Below, one piece after another: positions 39,300-53,771 of a DNA stretch of 64,000 nucleotides. This DNA is from Octopus sinensis. Its lineage: Eukaryota. The DNA is taken from the NCBI RefSeq assembly GCF_006345805.1, contig NC_043002.1, forward strand, positions 36,766,001 through 36,830,000, written 5' to 3'. The stretch's first letter is position 1, and each line of letters opens with the position of its first letter. The notes below the pieces were generated by a model, which searched no databases, was not told the origin of the DNA, and saw only the letters and a program-made list of their open reading frames with translations. The position numbers were made by a program, and so were the translations under genes.

Positions 39300-40150
39300 G
39301 TTGGAAGCATGATTTAAGATATGAATGTAGAGAAAACAGCTACGCCATCATGGTTAGTCATGGAAATGTTGAAAGAAGAGAATGCAGTTTCGAAATTGAT
39401 TGATCAAATTAAGACAGAAACAGAAAGAATTAGAGCACAACTAATAAAGATGAAAATTAGCTCAGATGAGATGCAGTTTAGATTTATGTCAGGATCTGGT
39501 ATCACTAAAGACCTCTTTCTAACAAAGCAACAATTGGCATTTTTAGGAAAGCAATAAACCATACTTAGCATTCATAGACCTGGAGAAGGTCTTTGTCAAG
39601 GTATTCACAATGATTGTTAAGCAAGCTAGGTGTAGATCAAGGGTTCCCAACCTTATTTTATCGTTGGTGAACCCCATATATGCTCATGTAAATTTTTGAA
39701 ATAAAATATTTGTTTGTAGGTTAGTAAAAACTAACAATGAAACAATTTCGTTATTCATAACATAAATTCATAACATAAATTCCAAATGCAAATCTTGAAA
39801 ATTTCAATAAATGTAGGTACCTCTCCTAGTAAACAAAATTTATATACGGACCCACAAATTACAATTTTTTACTCGTGGTCCCCCTGAAAGCTTCTGTGGA
39901 CCCTGGTTGGTAACCCCCGGGTGTAGATGAATGACATGTGAAAACTGTGCAACCTATGAGCAAAAATGCTGTTAGGAAGGCGAGAGTTTGTTAGGAATGA
40001 GCTCAGAAAGAATTTAGTTTGTAGATAAGTGTCCATCAACATTCAACTCTCAGTCTTTCATTATTAATTATAGATCTCTAGGCTAGAACAGAGAGTTTAA
40101 GACCAGTTGTCCATGAGAACTTCTAAATGTCGATAACCTAATTTTCCTAA
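39300..40150 (+). mobile_element. Decayed RTE reverse transcriptase fragment interrupted by a hAT MITE
   Basis: DEMQFRFMSGSGIT, KPYLAFIDLEKVF, KLGV|DE (split by the insertion), SVHQHSTLS, EFKTSCP*ELLNVDNL (ELLYADDL equivalent). Confidence 0.8.
39638..39920. mobile_element. hAT-superfamily MITE (283 bp) with 8-bp TSD
   Basis: TIR caagggttcccaacc / ggttggtaacccccgg. The TSD gtgtagat occurs at 39630-39637 and 39921-39928. Confidence 0.9.
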
Positions 40151-41318
40151 CAGTGAATTTTTCCAATTTCAAGATAGTTGGCTAGGTGAAGAGAGTCATT
40201 AACTAAAAATCTGTACATTTGTTGTTAATCATATAACTTACACAACAAAGTTGTAAACCACACATTACTCTACAACAAAGCTAAATGTGTTTTAAACGTT
40301 AAAAAAGCTTCAAGTATATAAATACACTTTTATATATGGAACTAAAATGTACATTACTCTCTTTAATTAATTCTTTATTCAATACTAAACAATTCCTTAG
40401 CATTAACATATAAAAAAACTATGCATACACATTCTCATAAAACTAAAAATGTATTAATATATAGAAAGTAGAATAAATATTTTTGTATGCTTGTGTTTCT
40501 GAATGTCACTGAAGTAACAGAGTTAAAAGCTTGACATAATATTATTATTAATCAACAACAGTTATGCAAAACTGCAATTGATTCTCCTGTATGTTTTTCA
40601 TTTATAGGAATAATAAAAGAAAAAAAATAGTTGATTTAATCTTTTCAATATACAATATTTAATAGGATATTGATCTTTTCTATAAATTGCTTAATGCAGT
40701 GTTTTATTCATATTTAACTGGCATTGTCTTTAGATGGATACCAATATGCATATTTGGCTTAATCGACATTAAATTCACTGCAGGATATCTATATCTGTCC
40801 AGGAATCAGTATTCAATTATTTAGACACATATCAATTAAAAAATGACAGTAAGCAGGTATTTGTTAGACAAAAGAAATGTACTCAAATGAACCTTTGCAA
40901 CAGAATTCAATTTTACAGACTGATACACTGTCAGAGATATATTCAAAATTGTATAATCTAAATATTTAAACTAATTTAGTTTCCAAGAAGCTATCTTTCC
41001 CTGCATAAAATCTTTAAAAGATATTCAGTAAATATATTTATCAAGAGAATGCAGCTGTAATGTTACAGGCAACTGATCATTATCATTGTTGTTGTTCTGT
41101 CTGATTTTACTAATGCTAATATTTTCTATTTAGACTTTGTAATTCTGAAACAAATTTAGCATTTGCAAGAGTCAAAGAAATTTAGTCAGTTGAACTTGAG
41201 CTACATGTTTTGCTAAATTGAGTATTCCTCTTTGTCAAGTAGCTTCAACCAAGATATGTTTCACAATGCCATGTCAGGAATTCCTACACTCTGTTAAGTT
41301 CAGTAGATCTCTACTTAC

Positions 41319-41409
41319 ATACTGTGTATCTTTTCTAATAACGTCAATGCAGTTGAGTAGTCTTCTTTTTCTATTTGGATGTGGAAGTTACCGAAATATA
41401 CCACATGGC
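41319..41409 (-). CDS. Probable internal exon upstream of 36871-37246 (HVVYFGNFHIQIEKEDYSTALTLLEKIHS)
   Basis: Canonical donor AT/gtaagt. 91 nt with exactly one open frame, ending in phase 2, which matches the phase-2 start of the next exon (AT|T = Ile). The acceptor ttttgctgaccacag is weak. Confidence 0.45.
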
Positions 41410-43987
41410 CTGTGGTCAGCAAAACTTACTCTACATTGGGCAATAATTGTAGAGATGGGTGAAAAGATTTCAAAAATATCCTTTTTGAACCCTCCTATGT
41501 ACCATCAAAACAATCTTGAAAATTAAATAAATGCATAAATTTAAACTTATTTAATCCCTATTTAGCTGTATTATATATTTTCATCACTTGTACAAGACAT
41601 ATTTATATATATCTGAAAAATTTATTATCAACAAACTTAAGAAATATGTTGTCTAATTCACCCAAAATGCAGACGTTTTGAGTCAAATAAATAAGACTCT
41701 CAAGTCAGAGGTTATAAACTCCTCTTTTGAATCTTTCTCTATTTAGAAACAATTTTCATTTGAGTGCAGAACTTTAAAATGGTTTGTACACCTGATAAAG
41801 TTGGACAAGTACTAGAACTGGAAAACTAGTGGTAGTCTATGTCAGTATAAATTGACTGGAAAGCAAAAAGATTACTGAGATGTATGCCTATGTATCATTA
41901 GAAGTATGAGACATTCAGCTTTACTTTGTAACTGATAAGTAGCTTGATGGTTTGAGCTGTATATAAAATTTTTACGATGGCCATTATTTACTTTAACAGA
42001 CAGGAATGTTTAGCTAAGTACTACTGTAACATATTGATAATAGTTAACAAACGCAGAACATAAACCTTATTGTTAATTTTTAGCATATTAGTTTATCTTT
42101 AGGACTGATATTTCTAAATATATAATTTTAAATTCTTTTAATTATTAATTTACTAAGCAGCACGTAATAATAGTTTTAAATGTAAGATAAGCTTAATGTA
42201 TTTTAACTGATGCTGTGAGACACTGGGCAAATACAACAAACAGCTATTTGTAATTGTCTCCCCTGTGGCCAAAAAAAGGTGGGTGATTTGATTTAGCTTT
42301 TAACTTAGTTGGGTTTGTCTTTAGAAACCAGGTCAACTGAATCTCCCCTTTCTTGTCTATAGAAAACAAATGAGAGCAACAAATATTTGTTTACATTTGT
42401 CTAAAGTCTCATGGTATAAATTTTAATATTTTAAATTTATATTTTAATTAGTAAAAAGAAACAGCAACAATTTTTATTATTAAAATTTACAAATAAAAGA
42501 ATCTATAAGTAGAATAAAGAGTAAGCTCATTTGTTATTCATAAACTAAGGAAAGTGCCTTTAATTACATGGTAAATATTAAATGTTTGGCAACTTAAGTT
42601 TACTACTCAGTTTTGATCTTCAGCTAGAATCAGCTATTTGTACTGTAATTATTTGCTAAATTTCTGAGAAATGCATGGATATCACAGCTGCTTTGTCTCA
42701 TGATATCTCACACTGAGCTGAAAGGAAAATGGTTTAGTTTTTCAAAATTGTTTTATGAAGAAATTGGTTTTACAAGAAAGTTATTATTTTTCGATTTTTC
42801 TAATTTGCATGTAAACACATTTTCATTTGTCTTAGCAACTTTGCATCAGATATATATTATCTGCCAGTCAGTGATCTATGAAATCAAAAATTGTATGAAT
42901 TATTAAAATGTTGAAGAGACATTCAGAGAAGAGAAATTTTCAAAAATAAATCTCAGATCAAATGTAATGGATTCCATTAAACTTGTCAATCTCTTCTGCA
43001 GCAGATTTACTATTCATAGCTTGTTAAACTTGGATTTGTGGACATAAGTCAGTGATTGAATCTGATCTTATTAAGTCTGAGGCTATTCCAATTAAGGAAC
43101 ACTATTTGTCTTGCAATGTGATTTTAGTAATGACTACCAACTAGTTTGTTTTCCATGGCAGACAAATCAAAAGCATTTTTATAAATTCATATTATATGCT
43201 GAAAGAGTTAAATTAAGTAACTTTTGAATATCAACACAAAATTCCACAGACAGCACTTATACATATGCACATTACATACAGGCACATGAGCTAATGTGGG
43301 AGCTTCAATGTAGTCACTTGGCCTACTAGAAACACCAGCCAAATTTCTCTCATATCACACCTTAACATATTAAGTGAAGAAAGGATACACTAAATAATGT
43401 GGTCCTAGATATACCCCTAAAAAACGGGAGTTATCCCAGGTGGAGTACTTTTGATCTTAAGTCTCCTTGATTAGAGCTGACCTGAGGTTAAACAACAACA
43501 GTTCACACATACACTCACACACACACACATACACACACACACACACACATTTGTATGTAGCTATGATTGCTTTAGTATATATAATTTATTTCTTTAATTT
43601 GACACCCTTATTATCTAGCCTTTCTTTTGTTGAAAATTTCAGTTTGATTGTGTAAATTTAATCTTAATTAATTAAGGTTACATTCTTTGTTTGCACAGAA
43701 AATATTAAAGTTGTTTTAAGTTTAAGATTAAAAACTTTAACGCACCTGTTAATTTTCTCAAGTTCACTCATGTAACTTCTATCAAATGTGTTTTGCTATA
43801 GTCTATGTAATTTTAAGCATCTCTACATATGAATTCTAATACAATGAAATAATCATAGCTAGGTATTACAAGAGGAATTCTGGTGTTGATGAAACTGACT
43901 TTGAAGATGCATCCAAATTTTGATTTGAAAATTTTGAAAAAAAGAAAGTCATGAGTCAAAATCTCAGCACTTTTACATACTTTACAG

Positions 43988-44281
43988 CAGTGCTTCTCAA
44001 ATTATCTGATGTAGCGTACCAGAAGTTTTTTTTACAATGTGCCAGGGACCAGTAATATTTCTTAGTAATATTAATTTATACTGGAAACAATATATATAAT
44101 GCATGTAATAAAAGTTGACAATTTTTTTATCATATTTATTTTGTAAACAAATAATACAATATTACATGAGCATTTTTTAAGCATTTTATGTTTCTTTCTT
44201 TTCTGGAAACTTGCTGCGTACTAGCAGCTGATGGCTCATAGACCGGCACCAGTCTGCAGACCATCACTTTGAGTAACACTG
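43988..44281. mobile_element. hAT-superfamily MITE (294 bp) with 8-bp TSD
   Basis: TIR cagtgcttctcaaa / tttgagtaacactg. The TSD ctttacag occurs at 43980-43987 and 44282-44289. Confidence 0.9.
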
Positions 44282-44529
44282 CTTTACAGTATATTTTGTT
44301 AGTTGCTCAGTACTATATGAATCTTACTGTTCAATTAGTTTGCAATTTTTCTCTTATTCTATATGGTAAGTTTACTATAGGTAACTATCATCTGGGGTTA
44401 AAATCAACTCATGGTAAATGTAACCTTCGTCCTCTAGAATGCCTGATAAATTTTCTAGACATATTTTAGGGAAAAAAACATATTTGATACTGAGAAACAG
44501 GGTAATTAGACACTAAAACAATGTAGATA

Positions 44530-45530
44530 AAAGTAAGTCTTCATGTAGTATCTGAAAGTCATTTTGGACAAACCCTCCCTCTCCATTAATATAGTTAATA
44601 CAGTTCATGTAATTTTTGTCCAAAGATATATGTTATGGGTGACCTGGGATGCATTCTTTCCTTAGTCTTTTCAACATCACTCGTGGACATCAGCTCAAGT
44701 GCAAATTTTTCTCCAGGTTGTGTAAGATAGCCTTTTTGAAAGCTGTTCTATGTTGACATGCCATGAGCCATCTTCTATGTTGACATGTCATGAACCATCA
44801 ACACCATCGGAAGAAACTCCTTTTTAGCAATCTTTGGTGACTGATGTGCATGTCTATAGACTTTGCCACAAATTCCATGAACATTTTCAGACAAACCAAA
44901 TAGAAACCCTGATAGTTTCTTGGATTTTCAGTGAATGATCACATTCTCTGCAAACATGTTTTCTGCCAACACCATGGCAAACTTTTTTGCACAAAGGTCC
45001 ACGAAAAACACCGACACAAATTGACCACACTGTCTGTTGTCAAAAGTATAGTAAATCTGTGAGACTAAGGCAGCGAGCTAGCAGAAACGTTAGCACGCCA
45101 GCAAAATGCTTAGCAGTATTTCATCTGCTATTTCGTTGAGTTCAAATTCTGCCGAGGTCGACTTTGCCTTTCATCCTTCTGGAGTTGATAAATTAAGAAC
45201 CGGTTACGCACTGGGGTCGATGTAATCGACTTCATCCCTTTGTCTGTCCTTGTTTGTCCCCTCTATGTTTAGCTCCTTGCGGGCAATAAAGAAATAAGTA
45301 AATCTGTGAGACTCCAATGCCAATACATTTCATCCATTAAAATCAGATCATGAGATTTGGATCTTTCAACACTGGATTTCCTCACCCATTTGACTCAATT
45401 TGGGGGTTGATCACATCCTAGCTTGCATTCCAACAGAAGCGAACCACTAGTCTTCCCTCTTTGTCCAAAGCCACTAAATAGCATTCTCTGTAGATTTTTA
45501 TAATATGCAATTAGCATTAAGAATCTTGAG
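44530..45530 (-). mobile_element. Highly decayed mariner-like remnant (split by the SINE at 45067)
   Basis: TIR-like gaaagtcattttggacaaaccctc near 44555 and weak transposase-like translation on the minus strand. Heavily frameshifted. Confidence 0.4.
45067..45296 (+). mobile_element. tRNA-headed SINE family 2 with 17-bp TSD
   Basis: Homologous to 21402-21637. The TSD agtaaatctgtgagact occurs at 45050-45066 and 45297-45313. Confidence 0.9.
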
Positions 45531-45689
45531 ATTTTTTGAAAATTTCATTCACAAATTTTTTTACACATGCAATTATTTTACTTGAGTATAGATGTAAGAA
45601 TATATTTATGTTTGCTGAGTAAATGAACTAGACAAGCATACTAATATGTATGTATATTGTTGGATGAGCTGAACAGATAACTGCCCATT

Positions 45690-45737
<48 letters not shown>

Positions 45738-45885
45738 CATACATACATATATATGTACATACATACATACATACATACATACATACATACATACATACAT
45801 ACATACATACATACTACATACATACATACATACATACATACATACATACATAATACATACATACATACATACATATACATATATA
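45690..45885. repeat. (TA)n plus (TACA)n microsatellite
   Basis: Directly visible. Confidence 0.95.
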
Positions 45886-46265
45886 AAGAAAACTGGCAAA
45901 TGGAAAAAAATAAACTCATGAAACAATAAAAAAATAACTGGTCAAATTCCAGTTCAAATGCACCCATTAATGACATACTGACCAACTAACCAGAGAAGAG
46001 ACAGACAACACAAATCAAGCAAGAAACCAAAAGATTAAAAGAGAGTTACATTGACAAAACACAAGCTTTCAATCAATAATTTCTGAGTAATGATACAAAA
46101 AAAAAAAAGTCACATTATGATTACAGAACAAGCAACAGAAAAATTTTAGTTGAAAATATTATCATGCTATAATTTTTGAAGATATTAGAATTTCTTCCTT
46201 GGAAAATTTGATAGTATGTAATAGATAAAATATGTTTTTCTTATGAGGATAAATTATAAATTTTC

Positions 46266-46298
<33 letters not shown>

Positions 46299-48544
46299 AC
46301 AGTGTTTTATGATACATCTAATAAGAAGTATTCCCATCACCTTTTTAAAATTATTTAAAAATTTCTTCATAACCAAAAAGATTAAATTTTAAAATAAAAA
46401 GCTTAGGACCATTCAACATCGCTTTTCATGCAGATTCCTTCTCTCATTGCTTACCAATTACAACAATTTTCAATAACAATCAATTTAACTACAGTTGCTA
46501 ATATTCTATGAAATATATATATATAATAAAATTTAATACTTCCTGAACAAACATATCATTATATTTGAGCATAAAATCTATTTAATTAACTTTAATAGCA
46601 GTTGAAAATTTTAAATTGTTTTGCTAATTCAAATTTTCAGCATTTTTATTCCTTACATCCTTACTTAAAAGATTTAATCATCTAATTGTTGTTGCTTATT
46701 TCCTGCCAGTTTAAATTGCATTTTTTGAAATGCTTTCAATAATATTTTATGTTGTTACACGAAACCTTTCAGGAGAAAAAAAAGAACAGGTAAAAATGCA
46801 CAAAAAAAAAACCCTACATCATTGCATAGCATGACATACATTAATAAACATTCAAGTTTCAAATGAAGGAACAGTTAATAAATTAACTTAATTCTTTTTT
46901 ATGGATACAGGAAGAATGAAAGATGAAGTTGACTAAGGGAGGATTTAAATTCAAAATGTAAAGAGAAACAACTAAATGCCATAAAAAAATTTTGATCTGA
47001 TGCCTTAACTGATTCTGACAATCGCCTGGTCATTTTAAATCTAAATAAGATATTTACTTGAGTGTAATGTAATCTCAGATATAATGCAACCTCCACATTT
47101 TGAACCTAAGAATCAGTAGTATATTTTATCTTCTTACCATTTTACTTTTACACTCAAGTATAATGCTACAAATTTGATGTTTTACATTGATGTTCTCACA
47201 TTATACATGAGTAAATATGGTAATAATATCTAATATAGGAAAATATTATAAACCTAAGAGATGGGTGTAATTGATTGGATCAACTCTGATATTCAATTGG
47301 TATTCATTTAATTATTGTTGATAGGTTGTTAGGTAAAATTAATCTTGATAGGATTTGAACTCAGCATGTAATGGTATGTGACTAAATACTTTGTATTTTT
47401 TTGTTTGTTCTATCTGTTCTGCAATTCAACTCCCAGAATGCTTTATAACATAAGCAAAAAATTACAAATTGATTTTCAGTGAATAGTCAGTTTCACTTCA
47501 GTATAATGCTGGTAATATTTTACTGACCAGAAATGGATGAAACATAAGGATGGCTTCAGTTGGACTGCTAACAGTAATTTCCATTTTAAAGTTATCATCA
47601 TTAACTCTAAATCACTAAAAAAAATATTGCATGTTATTTCTTTAACTTATTCAAGTTAACTAATAATATTCTAGATCTGAAGTTTAATTGATATCAAAAA
47701 CTAAATAGAATTTATATATGAGATATTGTCCATACGCACAAACTACAGGCATGGTTATATGGATAGGCACAGGAAAAGGCATGAGGTTGGGGATTTCTCT
47801 TGAAAACCATGGGAACCCAGGTTTGATTCTACAGTGCATCACTTTGAGTAAGGGTCTTCTACCATTGCTTTAGGCCAACCAAAGACATACTGAGTCAAAT
47901 TTGGATGACATAAAGCTCTATAAAAGCTTATCAGATGTATACATATAAATTTATTGCTTTTAGTCCTTTGTGAAATCAACGAAGTAAACTTAAAAGTTTT
48001 GAAGTCAATACAAACAAGTAAAACTTTCTGAAAATGGTGCCCATATGGCTGCAATCCAATGACTGAAGTCAGTAAAAGAAATGAAAAAAAAACATCATTT
48101 ATATGACATAGAGTAGAAATAAATCGTTTGTTATTAGCAACAGAGGCAGTATTAGATCAAAACAGCATTCTGTATATCTTACTTAATGTAGGTATACTGT
48201 AGAAAATCATAGAATTGTAGTGTTCATCTCAAGAAAGTATCTCATATAGATGTCTATATGAGATGCCTTCTAGAGATGTATACAGCAGTTGTGTGGCTTT
48301 CTGTAGTATATCAATGTTAATTAAAATATGTAGAATGTTATTTAGAAATAAGTTGTTTAAGAGGAAGGTATTTGTCAAGTATTCTTTCCTGAAATTAAAG
48401 GGTAATTACAAGAAAATATTTATAGACATTGAAAGATGAACAGAAGCTTTGTTTTCACGTTTTCTGTAAAGAAGACTATCGGTCAAGATGTGACTTTGGT
48501 TGGGTTAGTGGAAGATAAGTTTTCCTTGAATTGTCTTATATGAA

Positions 48545-48810
48545 TTGGTGTGCATTGGCTCCTGTGCAGGTAGCATGTAAAAAACACCTTTTGAGCATGG
48601 TTGTTGCCAGAATCACTGACCGGCCCTCATGCTGATGGCACGTAAAAGCACCCACTACACTCTCGGAGTGGTTGGCATTAGGAAGGACATCCAGCTGTAG
48701 AAACTTTGCCAGATCAGATTGAGTATGGCTCATCAGTCCTCAGTCGAACCGGCCAACCTGTGCCAGCATGGAAAGTGGAGGTTAAACGACGATGATGATG
48801 ATGATGATGA
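48545..48810 (+). mobile_element. RTE 3'-tail element
   Basis: gatggcacgtaaaagcacccactacactctcggagtggttggcattaggaagg...catggaaagtggaggttaaacgacgatgatg. Confidence 0.8.
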
Positions 48811-48853
48811 CTCACACACATACAACACACATGTGTGTGTGTATATATATAAG

Positions 48854-48931
<78 letters not shown>

Positions 48932-50286
48932 GTACACACACACATGCACACACACACACACACACATATGTAGATAGATATGAATGTTTATACATATATT
49001 TAATATATAAAAATATATAATTAATGTGTAGGTGAGTGTTAGAATTAGTGTGAAACAAAGCCATATCTTTTAAATTACAAGCATAATCTACCAAGAAGAT
49101 TTGTAACAAAGAGCTTTGAATCCCTGTCTCTCGCTCTTCCCTCTCTGTCTGTCTGTTGCACTTTCTTCTTTTGTTACCCTTTCTTTGTCTGTTGTTCTGT
49201 CTCTCCTTATTACTTTCTGTGTGTCTCTCTCTCTATATATAGTGAGAGAGACAGAGCAAGAAGGTGAGAGAGAGAGAGAGACTGGCAGAGAAAGAGGGAG
49301 AAAGAGAAAGATAGACTGACAGAGAGAGAGAGTAAGAGTAAGAAAGAGAGAAAGAGGGAGTGAGAGCAAGATGAAGACTGCTGTTATATATATATATTAT
49401 ATGTCTTCCCTAGGGCTAATAAATTAAGAACCAGTGGCATGCTGGGGTCGATCTAATCGACTAGACACATCCCCCCAAATTTCGAGCCTTGTGCCGAGAG
49501 TAGAAAAGATTATATGTCTTCTCTTATTTCATAATCATCCTCATCAATTTATCTATCTATATCTGTACCTTATATATATATATATATATATATAGATACA
49601 TAGATGTGTGCATGTATATGTTGTGTGTGTTGTGTGTATGTGTGCATGTGTTTGAATTGTGTTCCTAGGTACATTTTGCTATAAATTAGGAGTACTAAGT
49701 CAAAATAAACTTGAAAGCATATCCAAATTAATAATATAACAGGAAATGATATAACATATAGCACACACATAGTATTACCATTGCATAAATATCATATATA
49801 TATAATATATATACAGACAAACATATGCATATACATATAGAGAAAAAGAGAGAGATAATGTATGTGTACATTACATATATCCTATATATATGTATCAACA
49901 CATGCATTTATGGATAGACACTTTTAGATGCATGTATACATACATACATATATGGAGGAAATAAAATTTGGATGTTTGTTTAATTTGAGTTGTTTGATCA
50001 AAGGATGTAGACAAAGTTGGTATCAATAAACAATACTTGAAGTCAACATGGCTCAATAACAAATAGCAAGCAAAGGGAAGAAAAAGATGAAAGAATATTA
50101 TAATGAAAGAAGAAAAGAGAAAGAGCTTGCAAATACTGAATGATATGAAAAAAAAATTAGAAAGTAACCAATAAATAGGATAATATTCCAGGCTAAGAAA
50201 AAGAAGGAATGCAGAAAAGATGTAGAAATACACACAGACACACACGTACCCACACACACATACACACATATGTGTAAATATATAAT

Positions 50287-50353
<67 letters not shown>

Positions 50354-50828
50354 CATATATATATATATATGTTTATATATGTATGTACATATGTATATAC
50401 ATACATATATGTGTGCATATGAATAATATAAAAAATAACATATTTTTTCCCAACATGCATATGATATCTATTCATATTTATTGTATATATATATATATAT
50501 ATATATATAAATATGTATATATAAATATGTATGTATCATATTCATATATGGTAAAATAGACATTTTGTATAATATATATATTTTGCCAATTTTATTTATT
50601 TAAAACATGACATATCAATACAAAATAAAAAAATGTTCATAATATGTATATACATAATCTGTATAATATATATATAATATAATTATATATACATATACCC
50701 TTTAATATATATATATACATGCAGTAAAATTTTAAACATAACATTTATAAATACTTACATTACTCTGAAAGTTAATTGAATCAGTAGAAATACAATGCAT
50801 TATAAGTATATATGTTTATGTGCATGCA

Positions 50829-50859
<31 letters not shown>

Positions 50860-50898
50860 GCAAAAAGCATGTGCTAATTCATATATATATATATATAT

Positions 50899-51215
50899 AT
50901 TGGCACGTAAAAAGCACCATCCGATCATGGCCATTGCCAGCCTCGCCTGGCCCCGTGCCGGTGGCACGTAAAAAGCACCATCCATCCGTGGACGTTTGCC
51001 AGCTCCGTCTGGCACCTGTGTGGGTGGCACGTAAAAAGCACCCACTACACTCATGGAGTGGTTGGCATTAGGAAGGGCATCCAGCCGTAGAAACAATGCC
51101 TGATCAGACTGGGCCTGATACAGCCTTCTGGCTTCACAGACCCCAGTTGAACCGTCCAACCCATGCTAGCATGGAAAGTGGACGCTAAATGATGATGATG
51201 ATGATGATGATGATA
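50899..51215 (+). mobile_element. RTE 3'-tail element with three GGTGGCACGTAAAAAGCACC modules
   Basis: Near-consensus tail ccgtccaacccatgctagcatggaaagtggacgctaaatgatgatg. Confidence 0.9.
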
Positions 51216-51527
51216 TATGTAAAAGTATAATAAATGAATAAATATATGAATATATATCCATTTATTTATTTATCGTACTTTTACAAGATGAATGGTGTCT
51301 GTAAGTTTGATGTTTCAACCTGCCAGTCTTCATCAGACACTTCTGATGAAGGTTAGCAGGCAGAAACTTTGAAGTGACTGCTACAACACTCCTTGTACAA
51401 GCATAAGAAACATGTCCTTTACAAATATTGAGTAATCCTTCTTCAGTTTAATGTAAAATTGTCTTTACTGCAACTTGATATGAATACAAACATATATAAT
51501 AAGTGTAGGTCGTATATGAGTGGGTAT

Positions 51528-51866
51528 GTATTTATAAAAAAGAAGTTTGAAAACGCCACTATATAAGATAAATTTTAATTTTATTAGAAATTTTACATGG
51601 CTACTGCCATTTCAGCCACTGACCATTACCTTAGTTCTATTCGAACACATAAGTCAGCTATTATGCTTACTCCCCACAAAAAACCACCACGTGGATTCTG
51701 TTGAGACCAATAAAAAACAATTATGAACTTTTTTATTACACTTAACTTTTAAAAATATTTTTGAAAAGGTTTGTTTTTTCAAGAAGAACCGAAACATGTA
51801 AAATTTCTAAGAAAATTAAAATTTATCTTATATAGTGGCGCTTTCAAACTGCTTTTTTTATAAATA
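51528..51866. repeat. ~70-bp inverted repeat pair, each arm adjoining an HHR-like 3' half (PLE-derived fold-back)
   Basis: tatttataaaaaagaagtttgaaaacgccactatataagataaattttaattttattagaaattttacatg (51528-51598) is the reverse complement of 51795-51866. A degenerate core TTGAAAA-GGTT..AACC-GAAAC-AT-GT-A lies at about 51761-51800. Confidence 0.75.
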
Positions 51867-51880
51867 TATATATACACACA

Positions 51881-51988
51881 TACAGAGTGTATATGAAAAG
51901 TCTTGAGCCTCAAAAACACAAAACATGGTACAAGATTTCTGATGACGGTACAAGACTTCAAGGCTGAAAATTTTTCATACACCCCTCG
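51881..51988. mobile_element. ~105-bp mariner-type MITE
   Basis: Imperfect ~28-bp TIR tacagagtgtatatgaaaagtcttgagcct / aggctgaaaatttttcatacacccctcg, with mariner-like CGAGGGG end. Confidence 0.6.
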
Positions 51989-51996
51989 GGTGTATG

Positions 51997-52040
<44 letters not shown>

Positions 52041-52077
52041 TATATATATACATACATATACATATACACACACACAC

Positions 52078-52132
<55 letters not shown>

Positions 52133-52471
52133 GTATTGTATATAGATATATGTATGTATATGGATATATACTTATATAATATATATAATAATTATTATTG
52201 AATAGATAATAAGTCTATAAAAATGAAAGAATTATTAGAGTAATAATTAAAAATAAAATAGAAGAGAAAATGGACAAAGAATAAGAGAAAATGCAAATGT
52301 TGAAAAAGGAAATGATCAAAGGTTTCCTCAAAAATAGAGAAACAAAGCAAAGAATAATTGCAGTAAAATAATGAAGTTAAGTTTCTTAAAAAACCTTCAC
52401 AAACTATGAACAAACTATAATATATATATATATATATATATATGCATATATGCATATGTGTATATATGTGT

Positions 52472-52613
<142 letters not shown>

Positions 52614-52909
52614 AATATGTATATGTATATATATAATATATATATATATATATATGTATGTATATATGTATAAATATATATGTATATGTACTTTGATACT
52701 TTGATACTTTGATAGGTTCGGCCATTACTGGCCCAGGCCATGTCTAACTTATAATATAAATAAATAAGAAAATGGAGGAGAATAATAGGTGGTTCATCAA
52801 TTTATTCTATATACTATCTATTGTGAATAAGAGAATACATCTAATATTAACAATATTAGTAATAACTGAATATTATATATGCTTATGGATGTAGATATGT
52901 ATGTATATT

Positions 52910-52940
<31 letters not shown>

Positions 52941-53203
52941 GAATAAAAAATGGAGTTAACGCAGGTTTAAACAAGTATTTTTACTTACTACATATGTTTC
53001 AAAAATTCCACTGATACTTATTCAAAGGAATAAAAGGTATAAACAATGCAATCTTCTCTTCGGGAAAGTGAAAAAACGAAACTTGTCAATACGACATTTT
53101 AGCAAAAAATGATGGATTCGTATAGCGATAGACAGAATATATTCAAATATGTGTGTATTTTGTTTATTTCATATTTATATTTATTATAACTTAACATTTG
53201 CAC

Positions 53204-53335
53204 TTTATAATCTCTGACGAAGCCTAGAGATATATACAAGTACCTCATGTTCATCTACCTGTTACCTCAATCCACTTGAATAATAAAGATAGAACGAGGT
53301 ATGTTTATCTATTGGCTGAAACAGCTGTAAGTTAT
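53204..53335 (+). ncRNA. Type I hammerhead ribozyme with ~97-nt extended stem II
   Basis: ATAA(T)CT-CTGACGA-AGCC[TAGA..TA / TACCTC / GTTC / ATCT ... AGAT / GAAC / GAGGTA / TATCTA]GGCT-GAAAC-AGCT-GT-A-AGTTAT. The core is intact, stem III is the palindrome ACAGCTGT, and the triplet is GUA. Confidence 0.7.
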
Positions 53336-53737
53336 TTTACCAATTTATATTCATGTTTTTTTATAATAATTACTGGTATCCTTATAAATAACTATATTTT
53401 ATATCTTATATCTTATATGTAAAGAATAATATTCTATATGTATGTAATTGTAATTATCAGTTTAATAAATAAATAAGTTAACATAATTAAATGTCTATAA
53501 GTTGTTGAACCACCTATTATTCTTCTCCATTTTCTTATTTGCTATATAAATTAATGGGAAAATATCTCTTTACCTTCACCCATTTAGTACATGAAGTAAT
53601 GTAATTGCAATGCAATAAAAAACACTTGTGTATTAATAACTGGGTATTCTACCAGCAGTATATTGGCTAGATATTATCCCATAGTGAGTTGGATTCACAA
53701 CCTCTAACTTTCTTGGAGTTATATATATATCTATCTA

Positions 53738-53771
<34 letters not shown>

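Noticed and set aside
41429-41493. Possible minus-strand exon GFKKDIFEIFSPISTIIAQCR with a gtaagt donor
   Set aside because: The donor lies only 20 nt above the acceptor of the 41319-41409 candidate, too short for an intron. The phase-0 end does not fit the 37246 exon. Probably chance, though a mutually exclusive exon cannot be excluded.
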